Assembly (NCBI GenBank): GCA_044222185.1
Contig: JBGANV010000002.1
Location: 736,001 to 800,000, forward strand
DNA from: Planctomycetota bacterium
GTDB lineage: Bacteria; Planctomycetota; GCA-002687715; CAIWVZ01
Direction: 5' to 3'
Length of the DNA: 64,000 nucleotides
Position 1 is the stretch's first letter, and every line of letters starts with the position of its first letter. Positions 40,076-49,760 of this stretch are shown here, in pieces. The position numbers and the translations under genes are program-made. The notes under the pieces were generated by a model. It searched no databases. It was not told the DNA's origin and saw only the letters and a list, made by a program, of their open reading frames with translations.

Positions 40076-40783
40076 ATGCCCCCTCCGACCATCCTCGTCG
40101 TCGAAGACGATCGCGCCATTCGCCGCGGCGTCGTCGATGCCCTGAAGTTCGCGAGCTACCTCACCGCCGAAGCCGCCGACGGCGAAGAGGGGTTGAAGTT
40201 GGCGCTCGGCTCCGCCGTCGACCTCGTCCTGCTCGACGTGCTGATGCCGAAGATGGACGGGTTCACCGTCCTCGAGATGCTGCGTCAGTCCAGGCCCGCG
40301 CTCCCGGTGATCGTGCTGACGGCAAAGGGAACGGAGGAGGACCGGGTCCGCGGTCTGAAGTCCGGAGCCGACGATTACGTCGTGAAGCCGTTCTCGGCGC
40401 GTGAGCTGTTGGCGCGTGTCGAGGCCGTCCTGCGACGCTCGCCGAGTCGCCCCGATCTCGTCGGTTTGCTCGAGCTGCGTGGTCGCGTCATCGACTTCGC
40501 ACGCCGCGAGATTCGCTTCGACGATGGCGCGCGCGTGGAGATCTCCGAGCGGGAGTCGGAGATCCTCCACTACCTTGCCGCCAATCGTGGCCGGGCGATC
40601 GGCCGCGAAGAACTCCTCTCACGCGTCTGGGGCCTCGATCCTCGTGGGTTGCAGACGCGGACCGTCGACATGCACGTGGCGCGACTGCGCGAACGGCTGC
40701 GGGATTCGCTCGAGGCGCCTGAGGTGATCCTCACCGTCCGGTCGAAGGGGTACATGCTCGCCAAGTCCCCGGGTGACGGGTGA
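40076..40783 (+). CDS. OmpR/PhoB-family response regulator
   Basis: LVVEDD, LLDVLMP, GADDYVVKPF. Winged helix RTVDMHVARLR...TVRSKGY. Confidence 0.95.
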   Translation: MPPPTILVVEDDRAIRRGVVDALKFASYLTAEAADGEEGLKLALGSAVDLVLLDVLMPKMDGFTVLEMLRQSRPALPVIVLTAKGTEEDRVRGLKSGADDYVVKPFSARELLARVEAVLRRSPSRPDLVGLLELRGRVIDFARREIRFDDGARVEISERESEILHYLAANRGRAIGREELLSRVWGLDPRGLQTRTVDMHVARLRERLRDSLEAPEVILTVRSKGYMLAKSPGDG

Positions 40784-42660
40784 TGCGACGCCCATCCCCC
40801 ATCTGGATCGTGTTCTGCGGCGGCGCCGTCGTGGTGACGGCCGCACTCGCCTTCGTCAGCGTCGAGTCACTCGCGCTCGAGCGCAGCGAGCGAGCGGCGC
40901 GCGAGGAGGCGCACAGGCAGGAGCAGCTCCGTTCCGCGCTGTGGCGCATGGAGGGAACGCTCGCACCGATCCTGGGACAGGAGAGTGCGCGGCCCGGCTT
41001 CCAGTACGAGCCGTTCTATACGGTCGACCAGACCACGCGCGGGAAGTCTGGGACCATCACGACGCAACTCACCGTGGCGTCTCCGTTGCTCGGATTTCGT
41101 TTCGATCCCTTCCGCGTGCACTTCCAGATCGCCGCCGATCAGACGGTGACGTCGCCGCAGGTTCCGCCCGCGGACGCGCCGCTGGGCGTGAATGGCGCCG
41201 TCGTCGAGGAGGTCGCGACCCAGGCGCGCGCTCAGCTCGAGGAGCTTCGGCGGCTCGGCTTGCCCGAGCGCATCCTTGGAATTGCCGGGATTCCGCCGTC
41301 GCAAAATCCGGTCAGCGAACACCAGGTGCAATACGAGGCGAACGCTGGCAATGCTCAGACCCACGGTGGCCTGCAGCAGACGGTGGTGGAAGGGAAGGGC
41401 GACGACGCGACCGCCGGCGTGGGACCGCAGCAGTTCAATTGGAACGCACTCAACAACCCCGCATTGAACAACTCGAATGCGGCGGACTTCGTCCAGCGGG
41501 CCCAGGCAGCGGAGCGCATGCAGCGCCGTGCGGCCGACAGCCGCAACATGCCCAACTCGCGTCTGGCGCCGCGCGCCGGTGTGCCGTGGGAGACCTCGCC
41601 CATGGCCGTTCATTGGATCGACACGGCCATCGGCGGACGGGAACTCGTCATCATCCGCACGGCGAAGATCGAGGCACGGACCTTGGTCCAGGGCATCTGG
41701 GTGAACTGGAGCGGGCTGAAGGATTGGCTCCTCGCCGACAACCGCGAGACGTTTCCGGCCGGGGACCTTCTTCCCGCGGTCACCGCCGACGAAAGCGCCT
41801 TCGCACAGATGCTCGCGACGGTTCCGGTGTTGTTCGATCCGGGCCCCGTGGCCCGGCTGGCTCATGACGGGATCTCGGCGACACGGGTGATCCTCGGCGT
41901 GTCGTGGGTCGCAATCGTCGGCGCCGTCGTCGCCGTGGGATTGACGCTGCGAGCGGCCATGGACCTGGGAGAGCGCCGTGGTCGATTCGTGTCGGCCGTG
42001 ACTCACGAGTTGCGCACTCCGCTCACGACGTTCCGCATGTACACGCAGATGCTCGCCGACGGCATGGTGACCGACGAGCAGACGAAGTGCGAGTACGTGG
42101 AGACGCTTCGTGGCGAGTCGGACCGGCTGGCCCGCGTCGTCGAGAGCGTGCTCCTCTATTCGCGACTGGAGGAAGGGCGTGGTGGCGCGCATCGCCAGCA
42201 CGTCGGCGCGACCGCACTGATCGAGTCCGTCGTCGCGCCGCTCGAGCAGCGGGCCCGCGACGGCGGCATGGATCTCGTCGTCGACGTAGACGTGCCCGAG
42301 GCTGCGGCCCTCGACGTCGACGTCCAGGCTGTCGAGCAAATCCTCCTCAATCTCGTCGACAACGCATGCAAGTACGCTGGGGCGTGCGACGATCGCCGAA
42401 TCGAGATTCGCGCGCGTACGACCGGCACGTCGTTGGTGGTCGCCTGCAGCGACCACGGTCCCGGCGTTCCACAGGCCGAGTGTGAGGCCGTCTTCCTGCC
42501 GTTCCGCCGCGCCGCGCGTGACGTTGCGGGGCCCACGCCGGGGGTCGGGCTCGGACTCAGCGTGGCGCGGGGCCTCGCGCGGGCTCTCGGTGGCGAGCTC
42601 CGGCTGATGGATCCGTCCGCGCCGGGGGCCACGTTCGAGCTTTGCCTGCCGCTGCTTTGA
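40783..42660 (+). CDS. Membrane sensor histidine kinase
   Basis: Two TM helices around a large extracytoplasmic domain. H-box VTHELRTPL, N-box NLVDNACKY, DHGPG, GVGLGL. TGATG overlap with the regulator. Confidence 0.95.
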   Translation: MRRPSPIWIVFCGGAVVVTAALAFVSVESLALERSERAAREEAHRQEQLRSALWRMEGTLAPILGQESARPGFQYEPFYTVDQTTRGKSGTITTQLTVASPLLGFRFDPFRVHFQIAADQTVTSPQVPPADAPLGVNGAVVEEVATQARAQLEELRRLGLPERILGIAGIPPSQNPVSEHQVQYEANAGNAQTHGGLQQTVVEGKGDDATAGVGPQQFNWNALNNPALNNSNAADFVQRAQAAERMQRRAADSRNMPNSRLAPRAGVPWETSPMAVHWIDTAIGGRELVIIRTAKIEARTLVQGIWVNWSGLKDWLLADNRETFPAGDLLPAVTADESAFAQMLATVPVLFDPGPVARLAHDGISATRVILGVSWVAIVGAVVAVGLTLRAAMDLGERRGRFVSAVTHELRTPLTTFRMYTQMLADGMVTDEQTKCEYVETLRGESDRLARVVESVLLYSRLEEGRGGAHRQHVGATALIESVVAPLEQRARDGGMDLVVDVDVPEAAALDVDVQAVEQILLNLVDNACKYAGACDDRRIEIRARTTGTSLVVACSDHGPGVPQAECEAVFLPFRRAARDVAGPTPGVGLGLSVARGLARALGGELRLMDPSAPGATFELCLPLL

Positions 42661-43109
42661 GAGGGAAGGGATGCGGCTGCGTCGAGGCTCCGGCGGGTGG
42701 CGGACGAAGTGCGTCGCCTCGCCGGGTCGATGGCCGGGCGCGTCCACGTGCTTCCGCGTCGTCACCACCGGACGAACGTCGATTGCTGAGTACGCAAGGC
42801 ACGCGCGCCCGTCGCCCGTCGGCTCGTTCGTGTTCGGGCGTCGACGCTGGCGCGAGGTCGCCGGACGGGCGCAGAGCTTCCGGTGATCGTCACGGGTTGG
42901 TGTTCGCTGCGCACTCGTCTGGCAGTGGCGGCCCTGCCAGGCACCGTGGCAGCGTGTCGAGGGCTCTCGGACATCCTGAGAGACGCGCGCGCCGACGCCG
43001 CCGCTCCGCGGAACTCGCGTCAAACTGCGCGCGTGACGCGGCGCGAGCGCGGGCGAATCCGATCGCGTCGCGCGGAATCGAACGTAATTGGTGTCATGAG
43101 ATTCGGGCG

Positions 43110-43139
43110 TTGACCGCGGCTAGCGCGCGCGCGTAGGCT
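43110..43139 (+). promoter_or_regulatory. Candidate sigma-70 promoter for 43224
   Basis: TTGACC (43110)-18 bp-TAGGCT (43134), about 85 bp upstream of the ATG. Confidence 0.4.
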
Positions 43140-43223
43140 CCGCTCACCTGTCGTCGTTCGGCTCCGTGTTCCGTGCATGACCAGGAGATCGGCCGGATGG
43201 AGCCCAAAATCGCGAGGTAGACC

Positions 43224-45923
43224 ATGACTTCGAGGACCGCCATGTGCGTGCCGTCGATCGCTTGCCTGGTGCTGGCGATTGCGACAACGATCGTTCAGGG
43301 ACAGTGCGGGTCCGACTTCTCGGACAAATTCAACTCGACGACCTTCCAATTCGCGCCGACCGCGATGGTCACGTTCGATGACGGGAGCGGTCCCGCCATC
43401 TACGTGACGATCGGAGGCGTCTTCGTGAACCTGGCCCCGCTCGGCGCCGTCACGCGCTGGCGCGGTGGCCAGTTCGAGTCGGTCGGCAACGTGGCGCCGT
43501 CGGCGCTGGCGCTCGCCGTTCACGATGACGGAAGCGGGCCGGCGCTCTACGCCGCGGGCGGGTTCGTCTCCGCAGGTGGTGCGTCGGTTCATCGCGTCGC
43601 GAAATGGAACGGCACCTCGTGGAGCCAGGTGGGAAGCGGCATCGACAACGGGAGCGTGCAGGCGCTCGCCTCGTACGACGACGGGTCGGGCCCGAAGCTC
43701 TACGCCGCGGGGCAATTCAGCCTGGCTGGCGGCGTCCCCTGTACGAACATCGCGCGCTGGAACGGGACGGCATGGAGCGCGGTTGCGACGTCCATGACGG
43801 GACCGGTTCCATTCACCGCGCCCGGTCTGACGAAGGTCGCCGGCATGGCGGTGGCGGACGTGGGCCAGGGGCCGCGCCTCTTCGTCACCGGAGTATTCGG
43901 CGCGATCGACGGAGTCGCGGCGCAATGCGTCGCGAGCTACGACGGCGCGACCTGGTCGCCGCTCGGTGCGGGCGTCGGCGCGGCCGCAGTTCCCAATCCG
44001 ACCTCGATCTGCGCCTACGACTCCGGCACGGGCCCTGAGATCTACGTGGCCGGAGCGATCTCGACCGCTGGCGGCTCGGCCGCGGCGGCCATCGCGCGAT
44101 GGAACGGAACGTCGTGGTCGCCGTTGGGCGCGGGTCTGACCGGCTACACGGCCGCGACGTCGATGCGCGTCTGGAATCGCAGCACGGGTTCCGTGCTGGT
44201 CGTCGCCGGCAGTTTCGCCTCCGCAGGCGGGATTCCGGGCGGCATGGCGTTCTGGGACGGGACGGCGTGGCAGAGCGCCAACGCCGCGGGCCGCTTCTTC
44301 TCGAGCGCGACGAATTTCGACGCCGGGAACGGCGACTCCCTTTACGCGGCGGGCAACGTCACCGTGACCTTCCCCAACAACGGAGGTAGTGCCACCACGA
44401 GCCACTTCTTCCAGCGCTACGACGGGACGTCGTGGTCGACGCCCAACGGACAGGGATTCACCGGCGGCGGACCGGCTGCCATGGTGGCGCACGATGACGG
44501 CAATGGCACGAAGCTCTTCGCAGGCGGGTCGATCGGGTCGGCGGGAGCTCAGCCGCTCGCCCACGTGGGCGCATGGGACGGCGCGCAGTGGAGCGTGCTC
44601 GGGTCCGGCCTCGCGACAAGCGCCTCCGCGATGGCATCCGGCGACATCGGCAACGGCCCTCGGGTGTTTGCGGGTGGAAGCAGCGAACTGGCGATCGCCG
44701 GCGGAGTCGTGACGTCCGGTTCGGCAGTGCGCGCGTGGAACGGCACGAGCTGGGATCTCGTCGGACAGAGGCTCTCGAGCGGCACCCTCAACGCCCTCGG
44801 AATGTTCGACCTGGGTGCCGGGGCCGCGCTGTACGCCGGCACCACCTTCAACAACAGCGGGACGAATGCGGTCAACGGCGTCGGTCGATGGAACGGAACG
44901 GCCTGGGAGCAACTGGGACTCGGCATGGGCGCCAGCAGCGTCCAGCTGAACGGCGTGCATGCACTGGCGACGTTCGACGACGGCTCGGGCACGGCCCTCT
45001 ACGCCGGTGGGCTCTTCCAAACGGCTGGCGGTGTGGCAGCGAACAACGTGGCGAAGTGGGACGGTGCCAACTGGTCGCCGGTCGGCAGCGGCTTGACCGG
45101 ACCGTCGGGTGTGATTCCCGTGAAGGCGCTCGCGGTCTTCGACGATGGAACGGGGCCGGCCCTCTACGCGGGTGGTCAATTCACCAGTGCCGGCGGCATT
45201 CCAGCCGTCGGCCTCGCCCGTTGGAACGGTTCCCAGTGGACGCCGGTCGGTGGGGGAGTGGCGCTGCCCGGTGGCACGCCGGCTGTATTCGCGTTGAAGG
45301 TGTTCGATGACGGCAACGGGCCGCGGCTCTACGTGGGCGGTGCCTTCAGCCTCGTCGGAAACGTCGCGACGAATTGTTTCGCGCGATGGGACGGCCAGAA
45401 CTGGACTGCATTCGGAAGCGGTCTGGTCCTGCCCGGCGGCGCCCCGGGGGTTTCGTATGTCGCCGCGTTCGCAGAGGCGGATCTGGGCCGCGGCCGCACC
45501 CTCTTCATCGGTGGCTCGTTCGCCCTGGCGGACGCGACGAACAGCTTCGGCATCGCCGAACTCGTTCCGCGGCGTCCGTCCATCGCGATCACCCAACCCG
45601 CAGGCGGCGGGACGGGCGCGTTCATCGCGTGCTCGGGACTCGTGAGCGGCCGTGAGTACTTCGACATCTTCAGCGCAGACGTTTGCGGTGTCGCCGGATC
45701 GGGACCGTACCTGGGGCTTTGCGCGACCGATCCGTCGACGCTGCTCGCGCAGTTCGCCCTCCCGCTCGGCGTGGCACCCTTCCACTTCGCCGCCAACGGG
45801 TCGAGCGTGACGTTCGGTCCGTTCGGAGTCCCGGCAGGAATCACCGTCGATGCCGTGAGCTTCGACTTCACCGCGGGACAGCTCGGCTGCGTGAGCACGG
45901 TCGTTCGCTACACGACCCAGTGA
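43224..45923 (+). CDS. Secreted beta-propeller repeat protein (DDGxGPALYAGG / WNGxxW repeats) with C-terminal domain
   Basis: GAGG RBS. Signal peptide ending VQG|Q. More than ten ~55-aa repeats of the type FDDGSGPALYAGGxFxxAGG...A[RK]W[ND]GxxWSxLGxG. Confidence 0.85.
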   Translation: MTSRTAMCVPSIACLVLAIATTIVQGQCGSDFSDKFNSTTFQFAPTAMVTFDDGSGPAIYVTIGGVFVNLAPLGAVTRWRGGQFESVGNVAPSALALAVHDDGSGPALYAAGGFVSAGGASVHRVAKWNGTSWSQVGSGIDNGSVQALASYDDGSGPKLYAAGQFSLAGGVPCTNIARWNGTAWSAVATSMTGPVPFTAPGLTKVAGMAVADVGQGPRLFVTGVFGAIDGVAAQCVASYDGATWSPLGAGVGAAAVPNPTSICAYDSGTGPEIYVAGAISTAGGSAAAAIARWNGTSWSPLGAGLTGYTAATSMRVWNRSTGSVLVVAGSFASAGGIPGGMAFWDGTAWQSANAAGRFFSSATNFDAGNGDSLYAAGNVTVTFPNNGGSATTSHFFQRYDGTSWSTPNGQGFTGGGPAAMVAHDDGNGTKLFAGGSIGSAGAQPLAHVGAWDGAQWSVLGSGLATSASAMASGDIGNGPRVFAGGSSELAIAGGVVTSGSAVRAWNGTSWDLVGQRLSSGTLNALGMFDLGAGAALYAGTTFNNSGTNAVNGVGRWNGTAWEQLGLGMGASSVQLNGVHALATFDDGSGTALYAGGLFQTAGGVAANNVAKWDGANWSPVGSGLTGPSGVIPVKALAVFDDGTGPALYAGGQFTSAGGIPAVGLARWNGSQWTPVGGGVALPGGTPAVFALKVFDDGNGPRLYVGGAFSLVGNVATNCFARWDGQNWTAFGSGLVLPGGAPGVSYVAAFAEADLGRGRTLFIGGSFALADATNSFGIAELVPRRPSIAITQPAGGGTGAFIACSGLVSGREYFDIFSADVCGVAGSGPYLGLCATDPSTLLAQFALPLGVAPFHFAANGSSVTFGPFGVPAGITVDAVSFDFTAGQLGCVSTVVRYTTQ

Positions 45924-45946
45924 CGATCGGGTGAGGCGCGCGGCGA

Positions 45947-46903
45947 TCAGGCGGTCGTCGCGCGCTCTCCGGCGAGCATGGCGGAGAAGCCGTCGCGCCA
46001 GGAGCGGTGAGCCGGGCGCCAGTGCAGGCGCTCGGCCGCGGTGGCGTTCGACGCGCCTTGCTGATCGAGCATGAGGTACTCGGCGTAGGGGCCGCCGAAC
46101 AACCGACCGAGCCAGCGCGGCGCTCGCATGGGCGCGCGGGCCCCGAGCATGCGGGCGTACTCGGGGAGCCACTCGCGCGCGGCGACGGGCGCATCATCCA
46201 CGATGTTGTAGATACCTGCCGGGCCGTCGAGTGCGCGCAGCGTCGCCTCCGCGGCGTCGTCCACGTGGATGAACGAGAAGACGCCTGAGCCCGCGCCCAT
46301 CAGCGGAATCTTGCGGCGCCGCACGTCGTCGGCGAACGTCCCGTCGGCCGCGTAAACCGTGCCCGGTCCGTAGAAGTAGCCGTACCGCAGCACGACGCCC
46401 TCGACACCCCGGGTCTGCATCGTCACGCGTTCGAGCGCGGCGACCGCGTTGACGACTTCCGAGAAGGGCGCGGGCGCATCCACGAAGAGGGGGTCCCCTT
46501 CGGTCCAGGGACCGCCGGGCCTGGGCTTGTACGCGAACGCGATGCTCTGGGAGATCAAGCGGCGCGTTCCTGCGGCCGCGGCGGCCTCGGCGAGCCAGGT
46601 CCCGGCTTCGCGACGCAGCCGCGACGTCGGTGCAAGATCGCGATCGGCGGTGCGCGGGTTGATTCGCGGGGGGATGCGCGTGAGTTCGTTGACGATGGCG
46701 TCGGGCTTGCAGGCGCCGACCGCCCGAAAGACCGCCTCGCGGTCGAGGGCGTCCGCGGCGAGGGGATCTGCCCCCGTCTGCGCGAGCCGAGCCGCGCTCG
46801 CGGGCGACGAGACCAATCCGGTGACTCGATGGCCGGCGGCGAGGAGTTTGAGGACCAACGGGCGCCCAACCGCGCCGCTCGCACCCGCGACGAATACGTG
46901 CAT
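45947..46903 (-). CDS. NAD-dependent epimerase/dehydratase (atypical SDR)
   Basis: VFVAGASGAVG, LRYGYFYGPG, FIHVDDAA, YNIVDD. GGAGG RBS. Confidence 0.9.
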   Translation of the reverse strand: MHVFVAGASGAVGRPLVLKLLAAGHRVTGLVSSPASAARLAQTGADPLAADALDREAVFRAVGACKPDAIVNELTRIPPRINPRTADRDLAPTSRLRREAGTWLAEAAAAAGTRRLISQSIAFAYKPRPGGPWTEGDPLFVDAPAPFSEVVNAVAALERVTMQTRGVEGVVLRYGYFYGPGTVYAADGTFADDVRRRKIPLMGAGSGVFSFIHVDDAAEATLRALDGPAGIYNIVDDAPVAAREWLPEYARMLGARAPMRAPRWLGRLFGGPYAEYLMLDQQGASNATAAERLHWRPAHRSWRDGFSAMLAGERATTA

Positions 46904-47057
46904 GGCAAGCCTCCGTCGAACGGCTGCTGGCGCGTATGTCGTTTCGATGGTGCGCCAGGAGCCGCGCCACGGTATCGCGCCACTCGGTGGGCACGAAAGG
47001 CGGATGTCGTCGCCACGTCTTCACTCCCGATCTGCGCCGGCACGGTACATTCTGCCC

Positions 47058-49025
47058 ATGCTGAACCGCCGCCTGCGTCCCCGGCCCTCGATGGACTCGT
47101 GGTCGTTGCTCGTCCTCGCTCTCCTCGCAGCCGTCGCCGCCGCCCAGGAATCGCGCTTCGTGACCGACCGGCCCACGCCGCGGCTCCTTCCGCTTCCGAG
47201 CGAGGAGGAGGCGTTCCAGTTCGTCATCTTCGGCGATCGGACGAGCGGGAAGCCGGAGGGACTGAAGATCCTCGAACAGGCCACGGCCGACGTGAACCTG
47301 TTCGCGCCGGACCTCGTGATGACGGTCGGCGATCTCGTGCAGGGCTACAACGATCAGAAGACGTGGCTTGAACAGGCCCGCGACTACAAGGCCGTGATGG
47401 AGAAGCTGCGGATGCCGTGGTTCCCCGTGGTGGGCAACCACGACATCTACTTCCGCGGCCAGAACCCTCCGAAGAACCAGCACGCCGGCGACTTCGAGAC
47501 CCACTTCGGGCCGCTGTGGTACGCGTTCCAGCACAAGAAGTCGTGGTTCATCGCCATCGACTCGGACGAGGGCAACGGGCAGGGCAAGTATGCCTTCGAC
47601 GATCCGGCCTGCCAGACGATGAGTCAGGAGCAGTTCACCTGGCTCGAGGCGACGCTGAAGAAAGCCCGCGGCGCCGAGCACGTCTTCGTGTTCCTCCACC
47701 ACCCGCGCTGGCTGCGCGAGACCTATCCGGGATACGGCGACGACTGGACCCGGGTCCACAAGCTGCTCGTGGACGCGGGCAACGTCACCGCGGTGTTCGC
47801 GGGACACATCCACCGCATGATCTACTCGGGCGTGAAGGACGGCATCCAGTACTACGCGCTGGGCGCGACGGGTGCGCAGATCGACGCCGACATTCCGCAT
47901 GCCGGCTTCCTCCATCACTTCGACGTGGTGACGGTCCGCAAGGAACGCATCGACATCGTCACCGTTCCCGTCGGCGCCGTGATGGACCCGAAGAAGATCA
48001 CCATCGACGTCAGCAAGGAGTGCGTCGCGCTGGACAAGGCGCTGACGGCGACGTTCGCCAAACCGCTGGCCTTCGATGAGCGCCTGGCGATGGACGACGC
48101 CGTCGACGTGGAGATCACGAACCCCGTCAAGCGTCCGATCGAGGTCACGGCCGTGCCGATGTCGAAGGATCCGCGATATCGCTTCACGCCGGACCACGTT
48201 CACTCCGTCATCGAGCCAGGCGCGGCGACGCGCATCCACTTCGTCGTGAAGCGGAGCGCAGCCGCGATCGATGCGTGGTTCGACGTTCCGAAACTCCAAC
48301 TCCAGTGTGATTACCTGGCGGAGGGCCTTCGCGTCGGCCTGCCCGAGAGGCAGCTCGCCTTCGAACTCGTCCCGCCGCCACTCACGATGTCCGTGGGCGG
48401 CAATCGTTGGATTCAGCTCGACGGGAAATCCACGTGTGTGCGCATTCCGTCGGCGAGCCTCGCGATTCCTGACGGCCCGTTCACGGTCGAAGGCTGGATG
48501 CGTGCGACATCACTCAAGGGGCGTCGCGGGTTCGCCAACCGCTCCGAGATGTCGGAGTGGGGCCTGTTCGTCAGCGACGGCAAGCCGGCATTCAGCGTCT
48601 TCCTCGGGAGTGCGTATGCGACGGCATCCGTGAAGGAGCCCGTGCTCAAGGAGAACGAGTGGCACCATCTCGCGGGCGTGTTCGACGGCGCCGAGGTCCG
48701 CCTCTACGTCGACGGCAAGCTCCAAGGCAGGGTCCCCGGCAAAGGTGCGCGCAAGCCCAATGCGCTGCCGCTATTCATCGGCGCCGACCCGTCGAGCGAC
48801 GGACGTCCGGGGTCTTTTTTCGCGGGGGACATCGACGAGGTGCGCATCTCCAAGGTCGCCCGGTATCAAGGCGATGCCGTCGTGCCGGCGCGACGTATCG
48901 AGAGCACTGATGCTGACACGGTGCTTCTGCTCCACCTCGACGGACGAGTCGGCCCGTGGACGTTCGACGACTCGGGAAACCACGTGACGGCCGAGGTCAT
49001 CGGCAGTCCGCCGTTCGGGGGCTGA
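47058..49025 (+). CDS. Secreted calcineurin-like metallophosphoesterase with C-terminal LamG/concanavalin A-like domain
   Basis: FGDRT, VGDLV, VGNHD, LHHP, AGHIH. FTVEGW...WHHLAGVFDG...LYVDG...GDIDEVRIS (LamG). Alternative start ATG 47091. Confidence 0.88.
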   Translation: MLNRRLRPRPSMDSWSLLVLALLAAVAAAQESRFVTDRPTPRLLPLPSEEEAFQFVIFGDRTSGKPEGLKILEQATADVNLFAPDLVMTVGDLVQGYNDQKTWLEQARDYKAVMEKLRMPWFPVVGNHDIYFRGQNPPKNQHAGDFETHFGPLWYAFQHKKSWFIAIDSDEGNGQGKYAFDDPACQTMSQEQFTWLEATLKKARGAEHVFVFLHHPRWLRETYPGYGDDWTRVHKLLVDAGNVTAVFAGHIHRMIYSGVKDGIQYYALGATGAQIDADIPHAGFLHHFDVVTVRKERIDIVTVPVGAVMDPKKITIDVSKECVALDKALTATFAKPLAFDERLAMDDAVDVEITNPVKRPIEVTAVPMSKDPRYRFTPDHVHSVIEPGAATRIHFVVKRSAAAIDAWFDVPKLQLQCDYLAEGLRVGLPERQLAFELVPPPLTMSVGGNRWIQLDGKSTCVRIPSASLAIPDGPFTVEGWMRATSLKGRRGFANRSEMSEWGLFVSDGKPAFSVFLGSAYATASVKEPVLKENEWHHLAGVFDGAEVRLYVDGKLQGRVPGKGARKPNALPLFIGADPSSDGRPGSFFAGDIDEVRISKVARYQGDAVVPARRIESTDADTVLLLHLDGRVGPWTFDDSGNHVTAEVIGSPPFGG

Positions 49026-49087
49026 TTCGCGCGGCGCGGCGCGTGGTAGACTCGCCGCCCTGTTTCGCCAAACCAACGGAGTCAACC

Positions 49088-49738
49088 ATGCCCGAAACCA
49101 CGTCCGGCGGGATCCCCCGCATCGGTGAGCCCGCTCCCGACTTCACGGCCACGACGACCCACGGCGCGCTCCAGTTCTCGCAATGGCGCGGCGACAAGTG
49201 GTGCATCCTCTTCAGCCACCCGGCCGATTTCACGCCGGTCTGCTCCACCGAGCTGACCGAGTTCGCGCGGCGCTCAGCCGAGTTCGACAAGCGGAACACG
49301 AAGCTCATCGGCCTGTCGATCGACTCGATCCACAGCCACCTCGCGTGGCGCGAGAACCTGAAGCAGATCTTCGACGTGGAGATCGGCTATCCGATGATCG
49401 CCGACATCGACATGAAGGTGTCAGCGCTCTACGGCATGCTCCACCCGGGCGCGTCGGCGACGGCGACCGTGCGTTCGGTGTTCATCATCGACCCCAAGGG
49501 TGCGATCCGCGCGCTCGTCTACTACCCCATGAGCGTCGGGCGCAACATCGACGAGATCATCCGCCTGCTCGACGGTCTGCAGACGACCGAGAAGCACGCC
49601 TGCGCGACGCCGGTGAATTGGAAACCGGGCGACAAGGTCATCGTCCCGCCGCCGAAGACGGAAGCGGACGTGAAGGAGCGCGCGTCGCACAAGGAGTACG
49701 AGCGCCTCGACTTCTACTTGAACAAGAAGTCCATCTGA
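49088..49738 (+). CDS. Peroxiredoxin, Prx6 (1-Cys-type) family
   Basis: FSHPADFTPVCSTE, GRNIDEIIR, ATPVNWKPG. GGAG RBS. Confidence 0.93.
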   Translation: MPETTSGGIPRIGEPAPDFTATTTHGALQFSQWRGDKWCILFSHPADFTPVCSTELTEFARRSAEFDKRNTKLIGLSIDSIHSHLAWRENLKQIFDVEIGYPMIADIDMKVSALYGMLHPGASATATVRSVFIIDPKGAIRALVYYPMSVGRNIDEIIRLLDGLQTTEKHACATPVNWKPGDKVIVPPPKTEADVKERASHKEYERLDFYLNKKSI

Positions 49739-49760
49739 TCACGTCGTCGACGCGGGCGAG

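Noticed and set aside
42661-43223. 560-bp intergenic gap with small ORFs
   Set aside because: No ORF with a convincing RBS or motif; only a candidate promoter was retained.
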